35,776 bases of DNA from a virus (lineage: Duplodnaviria > Caudoviricetes): the IMG/VR virus record IMGVR_UViG_3300012952_000051, positions 1 through 35,776 of that record. One strand, written 5' to 3'. Below, in pieces: positions 19,389 to 27,177 of this stretch. The notes beneath the pieces are model-generated. The model saw nothing but the letters and a program-made list of their open reading frames with translations, was not told the origin of the DNA and did no database searches. Position numbers and translations under genes: made by a program. The stretch's first letter is position 1. Every line of letters begins with the position of its first letter.

Positions 19389-19733
19389 ATGGAATCGTTA
19401 GTAGAAAAGCCTTGGGGTCATGAAATTCGTTGGGCCATAACAGATAGATATCTTGGAAAAATACTGCAAATAGATCCCGGGCAGAGGCTCTCTCGACAGT
19501 ATCATGAAGAAAAAGACGAGAGTATTTATGTTTTGCAGGGAACTTTAATATTAGAAATAGGCAACGAAAGCTCGGTTGAGAAGTTTATTTTGCAAGAAGG
19601 TGCTTCTTGGAGAATAACTCCTGGCACCATTCATAGATTTTGCGCGCCCTCAACCGGTTGCAAACTTATAGAAGTCTCCACACCAGAAATTGATGATGTT
19701 ATCCGACTAGAAGATGACTACGATAGAAAATAA
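19389..19733 (+). CDS. Cupin (mannose-6-phosphate isomerase type II C-terminal-like)
   Basis: VEKPWG, LSRQYHEEKDE, PGTIHRF, IEVSTPEIDDVIRLEDDY. Confidence 0.88.
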   Translation: MESLVEKPWGHEIRWAITDRYLGKILQIDPGQRLSRQYHEEKDESIYVLQGTLILEIGNESSVEKFILQEGASWRITPGTIHRFCAPSTGCKLIEVSTPEIDDVIRLEDDYDRK

Positions 19734-19856
19734 TTTTTAAAAAATGTACAGTTCTGTCTTCTTTTCGCAATAAAAGCTCATAGTTATAAATGAGGTGTAG
19801 AACTCTTTTCGCACCTTTGTATCACTTTTGTCTATCAGGATAGAAAGAGGGCAGGT

Positions 19857-20525
19857 ATGTCTACAAAAGTCAAGGCCAAATATTTCTTAGTATTAAGTTT
19901 TATCAACCTTGCTTTATATTATGTAGTCCAAGGATACGTGACCCAACATGAAGTGGATTTAATGACAGACTTTGACAGAGCTGTTCCGTTTATGCCCGAA
20001 TATATTTGGATATATCACAGCATACTTCCCGTGATCGGCGTAACAATGGTGCTTTTAGTAAAGACTAAAAGAATATTCTTCACAACATTTTGGTCTTGCA
20101 TTCTTGCGACGTTGGTGTTAAACTCTATGTATCTGCTTTTCCCCTCGTTTTATCCGAGAGAAGAGTTTCAGATCAATACCATATCGGAATTATTAGTTGA
20201 TTTGACAAGACAGATAGACGGAGCTAATAATACTTTTCCGAGTGGGCATGTAACTTTTGCATGGATATTGTTTTGGGGCGTGTTTTATTCAGAAGTAGCT
20301 AGCACGCTCAAGGGAATAAAATCTTTATATATGTTATGGGCCATTGGTATATCCCTTTCAACATTAGTTCTAAAGCAGCATTATATTGCGGATGTTTTTT
20401 CAGGCTTTGGCATGGCAATGACATTATTCTTTTTTGTCAAGATACTTTTCGAGAACTACGGATTTTATGAAACAGACAAAAAGCTCACACAAGAATCTAA
20501 TTACTTGTGTGTAGAGAAAAAATAA
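19857..20525 (+). CDS. PAP2-superfamily membrane phosphatase/phosphotransferase (AUR1/IPC-synthase-like)
   Basis: NTFPSGH and STLVLKQHYIADV motifs; multiple TM helices. Confidence 0.85.
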   Translation: MSTKVKAKYFLVLSFINLALYYVVQGYVTQHEVDLMTDFDRAVPFMPEYIWIYHSILPVIGVTMVLLVKTKRIFFTTFWSCILATLVLNSMYLLFPSFYPREEFQINTISELLVDLTRQIDGANNTFPSGHVTFAWILFWGVFYSEVASTLKGIKSLYMLWAIGISLSTLVLKQHYIADVFSGFGMAMTLFFFVKILFENYGFYETDKKLTQESNYLCVEKK

Positions 20526-20591
20526 AACTGCTTTTATATATCAACGCATTAATTTTGACTCAGCTTTTTGTTGTAGCATTTATGGTTTCAA

Positions 20592-21074
20592 ATGAGTGAA
20601 CAATACAAGATAGTAACCAGCAGAGAGGCCCTCTCTAGCCCCTGTACGGAGGTTTCAGTAGAAGAAGGCAAGGAGATAGGTAAGTTCTTGCTGGAGACCT
20701 TAAAGGGCACATCAGACGGGGTGGGCCTCGCAGCCAATCAGGTGGGCATCGACGCCGCAGTCTGTGTTATAAATGTTGATAAGCCGGTGGTGTTAGTAAA
20801 TCCGGTCGTGGAAAACTCGTTCAAAAAAATTTTTTTCCAGGAAGCATGCCTATCTTTCCCAGGTGAAGCAGTAGTAACCCAAAGATACGCAAATATCGCA
20901 GTTAGAGCAGACAATCATAGGAACTTATTGTTCTTTGGTGAGGATAATTTGTTGGAGTGTGTATGCGTTCAGCATGAAATTGATCATTTAAATGGAATAA
21001 CTATGTTCGATAGGCAGAAAGGGCTTGACAAAAAGAACATTTTAGAGTACATTAGTAGTAAGAAAAGTCTTTAA
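20592..21074 (+). CDS. def: Peptide deformylase
   Basis: GVGLAANQVG, EACLS, QHEIDHLNG. Confidence 0.94.
   Translation: MSEQYKIVTSREALSSPCTEVSVEEGKEIGKFLLETLKGTSDGVGLAANQVGIDAAVCVINVDKPVVLVNPVVENSFKKIFFQEACLSFPGEAVVTQRYANIAVRADNHRNLLFFGEDNLLECVCVQHEIDHLNGITMFDRQKGLDKKNILEYISSKKSL
21025..21053 (+). promoter_or_regulatory. Sigma70-type promoter TTGACA-17-TACATT inside the def 3' end
   Basis: Consensus -35 with 17-bp spacer. Confidence 0.6.
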
Positions 21075-21087
21075 AGGGGTGCGTTAA

Positions 21088-21243
21088 ATGGCTAAGAAAA
21101 TTAATAAGTTAAAAACTATTAACAAGAAAAAAACTAAGATTGGTAACGGCAAGTTTACTAAGCGTTCTAATAAGGGAGGCGGCGCGGGCGGCTCGACTAC
21201 CTCTAAGACTTATAGAAAAAGATATCGAGGTCAAGGCAAATGA
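21088..21243 (+). CDS. 51-aa very basic protein ending RKRYRGQGK (not in the ORF track)
   Basis: Translated by hand: MAKKINKLKTINKKKTKIGNGKFTKRSNKGGGAGGSTTSKTYRKRYRGQGK; SD AGGGGT; ATGA overlap with the next gene. Confidence 0.75.
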   Translation: MAKKINKLKTINKKKTKIGNGKFTKRSNKGGGAGGSTTSKTYRKRYRGQGK

Positions 21244-21425
21244 GTAACCAGATACCCTTATATATACCCATACCCTCGCGAGAAGAGTACGAAAGATATA
21301 AAGAGTGGGAGCGCCAACAAGAAGAGCAGAAAGCTTCTCCATCTGGCAGCGTCATTGTTATTGATTTAGCTGGTGATATAAATGAAAATAATAAAATACA
21401 CAGTTCGTCAGTTAAAAAGAGCTAG
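21240..21425 (+). CDS. Hypothetical protein
   Basis: 61 aa with PLYIPIP...VIVIDL. Confidence 0.55.
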   Translation: MSNQIPLYIPIPSREEYERYKEWERQQEEQKASPSGSVIVIDLAGDINENNKIHSSSVKKS

Positions 21426-21699
21426 GGCCGCTTACAAAGGTTGGCGAGTTGTCAGGCAAGCGATCGATCCAGAATATATTCAATACAAAGAAGTTAGGTA
21501 CAAGTTGGATAGGATAAATGACGAGGCTATACCTGAAGAAGAAAAGTTAGCTGATAAGAAAACTTATCCGTATTACATAAACAAAGAAACAAAATTCGGT
21601 AGAATACAAAAACAATTTTACAGGACCCGCGTAGAAGCCGAAGAAGCCATGAGAGATTGCTTGGCGAATAAAATTTGTGCGTGGGTTATTAAACAATAA
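21382..21699 (+). CDS. Hypothetical basic protein
   Basis: 105-aa ORF. Confidence 0.55.
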   Translation: MKIIKYTVRQLKRARAAYKGWRVVRQAIDPEYIQYKEVRYKLDRINDEAIPEEEKLADKKTYPYYINKETKFGRIQKQFYRTRVEAEEAMRDCLANKICAWVIKQ

Positions 21700-21708
21700 A
21701 GGAAAAAA

Positions 21709-22698
21709 ATGCTAGCTGATATAACTGTAGATCTGCAATATGGAGATTGTGGCAAAGGAAAAGTTACACATCATTTGTGTAAGTCTAAAGAGTATACTCA
21801 TGTTCTAAGATATAATGGTGGCTGCAACGCAGGTCATACAATATATCATGAAGGAAAAAAATTCGTAACGCATCATATACCTGCTGGTGTTTTCTTCGGC
21901 GTTAAATCAATTATTGGATCTGGCTGTGTTGTTAATAAGCATCAGTTCTTCAAAGAACTAAAAGAGCTTAACGAGGGCGGGATCGAAACAGATGGTCTGG
22001 TGTTCATCGCAAATAACGCTCACGTCATAACCGACAATCATCTAAATGAAGATGGTTCTGATACACAAATTGGTACAACAAAGAGAGGCAACGGGCCGGC
22101 TTACAGAGATAAGTATTCTAGAGATGGCCTCCGAGCAGAAGACGTGCCCGAGTTTCAATCATTTCTAATTGATCTATATGATGAGTTTCATGGTAACGAG
22201 GAAGTAAAAATCTTGTGCGAAGGAGCACAAGGCTTTGGCTTGGACATTGATTGGGGGGATTATCCATACGTAACCTCTAGTCACTGTACGTCAGCCGGCG
22301 CTCTCTTGAACGGGATCCCACATAATTGGGCTAGAGATATTTGGGGCGTCGCGAAGATCTATGAGACTTATGTCGGAGCAAAAAGTTTTGAACCAGATGA
22401 ACCAATCTTTCAAAAGATCCGCGATCTAGGCGAAGAGTATGGCGCGACAACGGGCCGTCCTCGCCAGTGTAATTGGATGGATTTTAACCTTTTAAATAAA
22501 GCGTGCAAGATCAACGGTGTTAACAAATTAGTCTTGAACAAGGTTGATATTTTAAGAGAACTTGATATTTGGAAACTATTTAGTGATGGACAACTACTTG
22601 AATTTAATACAGAATTAGATATGAAAGACTGGATTCGTGACAAATTCAACGAAAATGATGTAGAAATATTCTTCTCAGAAAATAAAAACAGGATTTGA
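21709..22698 (+). CDS. purA: Adenylosuccinate synthetase (short form)
   Basis: QYGDCGKGK, NAGHT, IGTTKRGNGPAY, EGAQG, YPYVTSS, GATTGRPRQC. Confidence 0.95.
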   Translation: MLADITVDLQYGDCGKGKVTHHLCKSKEYTHVLRYNGGCNAGHTIYHEGKKFVTHHIPAGVFFGVKSIIGSGCVVNKHQFFKELKELNEGGIETDGLVFIANNAHVITDNHLNEDGSDTQIGTTKRGNGPAYRDKYSRDGLRAEDVPEFQSFLIDLYDEFHGNEEVKILCEGAQGFGLDIDWGDYPYVTSSHCTSAGALLNGIPHNWARDIWGVAKIYETYVGAKSFEPDEPIFQKIRDLGEEYGATTGRPRQCNWMDFNLLNKACKINGVNKLVLNKVDILRELDIWKLFSDGQLLEFNTELDMKDWIRDKFNENDVEIFFSENKNRI

Positions 22699-22720
22699 TA
22701 AGTGAAAAAGGAGCCTCCAA

Positions 22721-22963
22721 ATGAAAAAAGTAGAAAAAGCCAGGCTCCTTTTGTTAGAGACAGCTCTAAAAAAGCATAACCAACTGATGAGTGGTTCAGC
22801 GTTTACCACTGATTTTGCGGCAGCAGAAATTATCAAAAATCTCGTAACGGAAATAAAAATTTTATCACTTGAAAATAAAAAGTATAAAAAAATAATTGAA
22901 GTTCAAAATCTTTATATAAAGAAAAAGGAAAGTGAAATTAAGCGCTTGCAAAATTCAGAATAA
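22721..22963 (+). CDS. Hypothetical coiled-coil protein
   Basis: 80 aa with SD AAGGAG. Confidence 0.55.
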   Translation: MKKVEKARLLLLETALKKHNQLMSGSAFTTDFAAAEIIKNLVTEIKILSLENKKYKKIIEVQNLYIKKKESEIKRLQNSE

Positions 22964-23052
22964 GCTCTGAATATTCTCCACTAAGCGTGCTTTGGTAAGA
23001 AGGCTAAGTGCGGTACTAGTTATCGTTATCCGCCCGATCGGAGGTAAATTTT

Positions 23053-23226
23053 ATGCAATATATGTTAGAGAGAATTGAAGAGTATCAAAACGGTAAATTA
23101 TCTTTTGAAAAAACCGTGATGCTATTTCAGCAGCTAGTAGATACCGGCATGCTCTGGAGAGTTAACGAAAATATACTGAAAGATGTAGACGAGTTGATCG
23201 AGCGTGGATATGTCCTCAAACGTTAA
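23053..23226 (+). CDS. 57-aa hypothetical phage protein (not in the ORF track)
   Basis: MQYMLERIEEYQNGKLSFEKTVMLFQQLVDTGMLW...; SD GGAGGT. Confidence 0.65.
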   Translation: MQYMLERIEEYQNGKLSFEKTVMLFQQLVDTGMLWRVNENILKDVDELIERGYVLKR

Positions 23227-23452
23227 AGTAATATACCCGCCGTTTTTGGGCGCGAAAGGCGATTTGGTAGAAGTTAACCCAATCTATATACCAGAAAATT
23301 TGGTATGGAAATTAAAATATACGCCTCCTGACAGACCTCTTGGAGTAGTTTTGAATTATGAGTCTTTTGCAACATCAGGCGAGATATGGTACGAGATTGG
23401 CTTTCCGGAGGGAAGCTGCTGGGTCGTAGAGACAGCAATAAATTTATGTTAA
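23210..23452 (+). CDS. Small beta-barrel protein, distant member of the GDLV family
   Basis: AKGDLVEV...LGVVL...WYEIGF. Confidence 0.55.
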   Translation: MSSNVKVIYPPFLGAKGDLVEVNPIYIPENLVWKLKYTPPDRPLGVVLNYESFATSGEIWYEIGFPEGSCWVVETAINLC

Positions 23453-23490
23453 AGGGAAGTTAGCTTCCTAATTAAGTATGGGGAATTGAA

Positions 23491-23715
23491 TTGAATTTAT
23501 ATTACGTTTATCAAGACGAGAATACAGGTAAAGGCACTTATCACGCTATGATCGTCGCAGCAGATAATGAAGATGATGCAGCGCTTATCCATCCCGATGG
23601 GGATTGGGATAGAGTTGATACATGGTGCTATTCAGAGAATGATGTTGTTGTAACTTTTATAGGAGACGCGCACGAAGACGTGCTTCCTGGGGTTATATTA
23701 AGCAGCTTCTCATAA
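23491..23715 (+). CDS. Hypothetical acidic phage protein
   Basis: 74 aa; TTG start after GGGGAA. Confidence 0.55.
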   Translation: MNLYYVYQDENTGKGTYHAMIVAADNEDDAALIHPDGDWDRVDTWCYSENDVVVTFIGDAHEDVLPGVILSSFS

Positions 23716-23730
23716 AAGGAAAAACATTTA

Positions 23731-23907
23731 ATGAGAGTTTTCGAGCCAAAAAAACATAACAGCAAAATAGGAGAAGCGCTCACTCAACTATATTTGTTGA
23801 AAAAAGCTTTGGGCGTGCAGAACACTGACACGCTAGAGAAACAGGTAGACAAGATTCGTGAGATCTTAAAAGAACTAAAAGAAATGCTAAACGAAAGAGA
23901 GGAATAA
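23731..23907 (+). CDS. 58-aa coiled-coil protein (not in the ORF track)
   Basis: MRVFEPKKHNSKIGEALTQL...; SD AAGGA; fills the gap between neighbours. Confidence 0.55.
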   Translation: MRVFEPKKHNSKIGEALTQLYLLKKALGVQNTDTLEKQVDKIREILKELKEMLNEREE

Positions 23908-23908
23908 A

Positions 23909-24115
23909 ATGAGCCAGGGACTAGAAGAAGAAGACCTAAGATTTATTGTTGAAGCCGCTAAAGAAAAAGTTAAACTTGATAGAGAGCGTGCTTACTCTAT
24001 GATAGAGGATAGTGAAAGCCCACAAGATATTACCAATCTATTTAATGAAACTTCTAGGCTAGAACGCGCTCTAGACAACATAGAGAGAACCTTAGACAGA
24101 ACTTATTTTGAATGA
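23909..24115 (+). CDS. Hypothetical helical protein
   Basis: 68 aa with SD GAGGA. Confidence 0.55.
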   Translation: MSQGLEEEDLRFIVEAAKEKVKLDRERAYSMIEDSESPQDITNLFNETSRLERALDNIERTLDRTYFE

Positions 24116-24405
24116 TAGGCAACTTAGTTCACTACAATTGCGGTGGAAGCAAATCAATAGCGATCGTGACAGATTTTTTTCGTTATGAGGGTGAGAACAC
24201 ACGAACTTATCGCAACGGCGATATCCTGGTCTCGATAGAGTGGGTCAAAAAATCTGGCGCCATGCCACAGTCCATATCTCCAAATTATTTCCGATACAGT
24301 GACATGAGCATGAACAATGGCCGCGATACTAAATTTTGGCCTGCGGATTGGCATACAAAAAGATGGTATAACTTGAGATATTTTAAAGTTATTTCAAGCG
24401 CTTAG
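24112..24405 (+). CDS. MKVGDLV-family small protein (MIGNLV)
   Basis: Family N-terminus and FKVISSA C-terminus. Confidence 0.6.
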   Translation: MIGNLVHYNCGGSKSIAIVTDFFRYEGENTRTYRNGDILVSIEWVKKSGAMPQSISPNYFRYSDMSMNNGRDTKFWPADWHTKRWYNLRYFKVISSA

Positions 24406-24416
24406 AAATAAAATGT

Positions 24417-24443
24417 TTAATTTATGTTTTTCGTGCTTATAGT
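24417..24443 (+). promoter_or_regulatory. Repeated promoter-like motif, copy 1 (TTAA-N12-GTGCTTATAGT)
   Basis: One of 13 copies; this one has a 12-nt spacer. Confidence 0.65.
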
Positions 24444-24459
24444 TATAATATAAGGAGGC

Positions 24460-24693
24460 ATGAATATGTTTGGCGAAACACAATTTTTAACTGATAGCTT
24501 CAAGACACTCTATCTTGAAGATTATTTCAAACTGAAAGAAGAGGCAGAGCTTCTTAGAATAGAAGCAGAAGAAAATCGGCTAGCCGGTGATGATATAGCA
24601 TATATGGAAAAACTAAAACAGTATGATGTATACAATCTTACAGCAGATACTATGTTGAGCTTGGCTATTAAGACCCCCGTTGCGGAGGCGTGA
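24460..24693 (+). CDS. Hypothetical protein
   Basis: SD AAGGAGG. Confidence 0.6.
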   Translation: MNMFGETQFLTDSFKTLYLEDYFKLKEEAELLRIEAEENRLAGDDIAYMEKLKQYDVYNLTADTMLSLAIKTPVAEA

Positions 24694-25046
24694 TGAACTA
24701 TTCAGAAGAAGAAATAGAGATGGCATTTAATTATTTCGCCTCAGAAGCACAGAGAATTGTGTCACAATACATGGACACACACTTTCCAACGTTGCCCAAA
24801 GAGCATATTGAAGTAGATGATAACGGGCACGTATATTGGAAGCTTTTTAAAGTCTCTGAGCCGGATCACTGTGGGGGCATTTCTAGACAGATCTACGCTT
24901 TTGTCAGAAAGAGAGACGGCGCTATTTTTAAAGCCGCATCCTACCGCGCGCCATATACCAAGGGTAAGAGCGCCATTAGGGGCTACGTAACCGATGAATG
25001 GGCGTCTAGCCTCATCACAGCACACGGGGTGATATATGCGAGGTGA
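24690..25046 (+). CDS. Conserved phage hypothetical protein (FVRKRDGAIFKAASYRAP)
   Basis: G-x-I-x-K-A-A-S-x-x-A-P motif recalled from phage early proteins; SD GGAGG. Confidence 0.65.
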   Translation: MMNYSEEEIEMAFNYFASEAQRIVSQYMDTHFPTLPKEHIEVDDNGHVYWKLFKVSEPDHCGGISRQIYAFVRKRDGAIFKAASYRAPYTKGKSAIRGYVTDEWASSLITAHGVIYAR

Positions 25047-25243
25047 GAGTTGGCTCCCTAGTTTCGTATGTAGGACATTGGATCCCAGGGATATTTCCCG
25101 ATGATCGAACTAGAGAACCATCTTACGGCATCATAATAGAAATTGATCATTGGTCGCAAGGCACAAACGTTTGTGTCTATTGGACAGAAGCCGAAGAGAC
25201 GTACTGGCACGAAGAAACAGAATTGTTGTTGTTAAATGAATAG
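25043..25243 (+). CDS. MKVGDLV-family small protein
   Basis: MRVGSLV...GIII...VYW...ELLLLNE. Confidence 0.7.
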   Translation: MRVGSLVSYVGHWIPGIFPDDRTREPSYGIIIEIDHWSQGTNVCVYWTEAEETYWHEETELLLLNE

Positions 25244-25478
25244 AAAAATACCAAGAAATTTAAAAGTAGGCGATCTTGTTATATGGGAAGATGATTCGTT
25301 AGGAATACTTGCCAAACGGTTTGACATGTACGCCAATTCCTCTAGGCCAACTTGGCCAACTTGGTGTTGGAGAATCGAGTTTCCTAATGGTGCCCCTGCA
25401 AATTATAATGAGCGCTATGGCGAGGGCGAGATAAATTTAAAGAACAGGAATAAGATAAAAGAGATTATTTCTTGTTAA
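25236..25478 (+). CDS. MKVGDLV-family small protein
   Basis: NLKVGDLVIW. Confidence 0.7.
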   Translation: MNRKIPRNLKVGDLVIWEDDSLGILAKRFDMYANSSRPTWPTWCWRIEFPNGAPANYNERYGEGEINLKNRNKIKEIISC

Positions 25479-25502
25479 CTTTACGGCACTGGTGCTTATA
25501 GT
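25475..25502 (+). promoter_or_regulatory. Repeated promoter-like motif, copy 2
   Basis: TTAA-N13-GTGCTTATAGT; its TAA is the upstream stop codon. Confidence 0.7.
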
Positions 25503-25523
25503 TTATTCATCAGGAGATATTAA

Positions 25524-25676
25524 ATGAAAATTGGCGATTATGTTGTCTGTCAAGGCAAGGAAGGCAAAATTATAAGATTTCAACCAAAGACAAGAGATCT
25601 TATTGTAAAAGATGGCGAAGGAAATATACACACGTTCTCACAGTTTGCTGCGGAGTTGAAGAATGAAACCCGGTGA
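25524..25676 (+). CDS. MKVGDLV-family small protein, 50 aa (not in the ORF track)
   Basis: MKIGDYVVCQGKEGKII...ELKNETR; SD AGGAG. Confidence 0.7.
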   Translation: MKIGDYVVCQGKEGKIIRFQPKTRDLIVKDGEGNIHTFSQFAAELKNETR

Positions 25677-25857
25677 TCTAGTGAGGGTTAACCCTTCTAT
25701 GCGCGACACACGTCGACGAGGCGATGCAGTAGGCGTGATTGTTGAATACCATCCCGAAGAAGCATATCTTCACGAGTCAGTCCTCGTGCGCTGGGGCGAC
25801 GGCAAACAAGAGGTAGAATTTCCGCATTGGCTAGAGGTTGTTAATGCAGCCGGGTGA
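25663..25857 (+). CDS. MKVGDLV-family small protein
   Basis: MKPGDLVRV...VRWGDG...WLEVVNAAG. Confidence 0.75.
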   Translation: MKPGDLVRVNPSMRDTRRRGDAVGVIVEYHPEEAYLHESVLVRWGDGKQEVEFPHWLEVVNAAG

Positions 25858-26017
25858 TTTGGTGAGACATAAGACCGTTACCTCTTACGGGTTTGGTTTG
25901 GTAACTCACGTTGCTCATGGCACAAAAGCTGTTAAAGTATTGTGGTCTGTAAACAAAAGCAAGACACCGACCGCCGAAATTAGTGATATGTTAGAGATTG
26001 TAAGCGAGATTAAATAA
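25844..26017 (+). CDS. MKVGDLV-family small protein, 57 aa (not in the ORF track)
   Basis: MQPGDLVRHK...GFGLV...VLW...MLEIVSEIK. Confidence 0.75.
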   Translation: MQPGDLVRHKTVTSYGFGLVTHVAHGTKAVKVLWSVNKSKTPTAEISDMLEIVSEIK

Positions 26018-26019
26018 TT

Positions 26020-26163
26020 ATGTGGGTTTTTTACCATAAGATACCTGTCGTTGCCGCCGATTTTCCGAGCGACTTTACGGTGTTTGTTATAGTTGGTTTC
26101 ATTACCGGCGTTGTTGTTCTGGCGCCATCTTTTTTGGAGCGCAAAAGAAATGAAACCCGGTGA
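26020..26163 (+). CDS. 47-aa single-TM protein (not in the ORF track)
   Basis: MWVFYHKIPVVAADFPSDFTVFVIVGFITGVVVLAPSFLERKRNETR; ends in the same 14-nt junction. Confidence 0.5.
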   Translation: MWVFYHKIPVVAADFPSDFTVFVIVGFITGVVVLAPSFLERKRNETR

Positions 26164-26332
26164 GCTGGTAACTTTATCTGCATATGGACAGAAGTTAAAA
26201 ATGTTCACAAGCCTAAGAAACAAAGTCGGCTTGATTATTTCTGTCATGAAAGATGGTTCCTGCCATGTTCGCTGGCAAGGGTTTAGCACTAATCAATATA
26301 TGGAAAGAAAAGACATAAAGAAAGCTAAATAA
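26150..26332 (+). CDS. MKVGDLV-family small protein
   Basis: MKPGELVTLSAYG...VGLII...VRW; start reassigned to ATG 26150. Confidence 0.7.
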   Translation: MKPGELVTLSAYGQKLKMFTSLRNKVGLIISVMKDGSCHVRWQGFSTNQYMERKDIKKAK

Positions 26333-26353
26333 AAGTAATATTATGCTTATAAT
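26326..26353 (+). promoter_or_regulatory. Repeated promoter-like motif, copy 3
   Basis: TAAA-N13-ATGCTTATAAT. Confidence 0.6.
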
Positions 26354-26382
26354 AAAGAAAAGGAGGTTGGGCATTATGTCCG

Positions 26383-26739
26383 GTGTATTACGAAGCTCGT
26401 GATAGAGCATTGAATAATGGTAGGGTTTATCACCTCGCAGCTATTTTGAAACGACGAAACAAAGTCGTTAAGATTGGCGAGAACACGTATAAGACCCATC
26501 CTAGATTCAAAAGAACATACCCAGATGGTACAACAGGCAGCCACATGCATGCAGAGATGAACGTCCTGCGCTTCGCGAAGCCTGGAGATACCATAGAGGT
26601 TATTAGATTTCTAAAGACTGGTGGTCATGCCATGGCCAAGCCTTGCAGATACTGTATGCAACACATTCGAGAGGCTGGTATTAAAGAGGTAAGATATACC
26701 AATCCAGATGGAGAGTGGGAGTGCATGAAGGTAACGTGA
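26383..26739 (+). CDS. Zinc-dependent cytidine/dCMP deaminase-superfamily protein
   Basis: HAE and KPCRYC zinc motifs; AGIKEVRYT. Confidence 0.85.
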   Translation: MYYEARDRALNNGRVYHLAAILKRRNKVVKIGENTYKTHPRFKRTYPDGTTGSHMHAEMNVLRFAKPGDTIEVIRFLKTGGHAMAKPCRYCMQHIREAGIKEVRYTNPDGEWECMKVT

Positions 26740-26951
26740 GGGTAGGCGATTTAATTCTGTATGAGAATATGGATTCTAAATTAATTTATGGAATTGTTGC
26801 GGAAGCAGCTAGTTGGAGAAAAGAATATAAAGGCCCAGCCGTCCGCGTGTGTTGGTTTGACGACGCATCAATGACATACGAGTCTGTAGAAGCTATACTC
26901 AGCGATGAGGATATCGATCGCTACATAGGAGTCGTAAGTGGAAATCGGTGA
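26736..26951 (+). CDS. MKVGDLV-family small protein
   Basis: GTG start, (M)RVGDLILY...YGIV...VCWFDD. Confidence 0.7.
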   Translation: MRVGDLILYENMDSKLIYGIVAEAASWRKEYKGPAVRVCWFDDASMTYESVEAILSDEDIDRYIGVVSGNR

Positions 26952-27165
26952 TCTAGTAAAATGCAATTGGCAACCCGGTTCATCACACATTGAAGATGAT
27001 TGCGCTGTGCCTATGAAGTTTATAATCAAAGGCGAGATAGGAATTGTTATTGGCAAGAGAGAGCAGCACTATATAGGCAGCAGCTATAACGTGGTTCTAT
27101 TTCCAAAGTTTGGTTATAAACATACGTTAAGCGACCACACTCTTGACTTATTGAGCCAAATTTAG
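26938..27165 (+). CDS. MKVGDLV-family small protein
   Basis: MEIGDLVKC...IGIVI. Confidence 0.7.
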   Translation: MEIGDLVKCNWQPGSSHIEDDCAVPMKFIIKGEIGIVIGKREQHYIGSSYNVVLFPKFGYKHTLSDHTLDLLSQI

Positions 27166-27171
27166 TATGAT
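27143..27171 (+). promoter_or_regulatory. Sigma70-type promoter TTGACT-17-TATGAT; probably gives a leaderless uvsE mRNA
   Basis: ATG 27178 lies 7 nt after the -10, with no SD. Confidence 0.65.
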
Positions 27172-27177
27172 GGTATT

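Noticed and set aside
22953-22972. Hairpin ATTCAGA-N6-TCTGAAT as a terminator
   Set aside because: AT-rich stem with no convincing U-tract.
22981-22997. CGTGCTTTGG as an extra copy of the repeated promoter motif
   Set aside because: Lacks the TAnnnT hexamer and a correctly spaced TWAA box.
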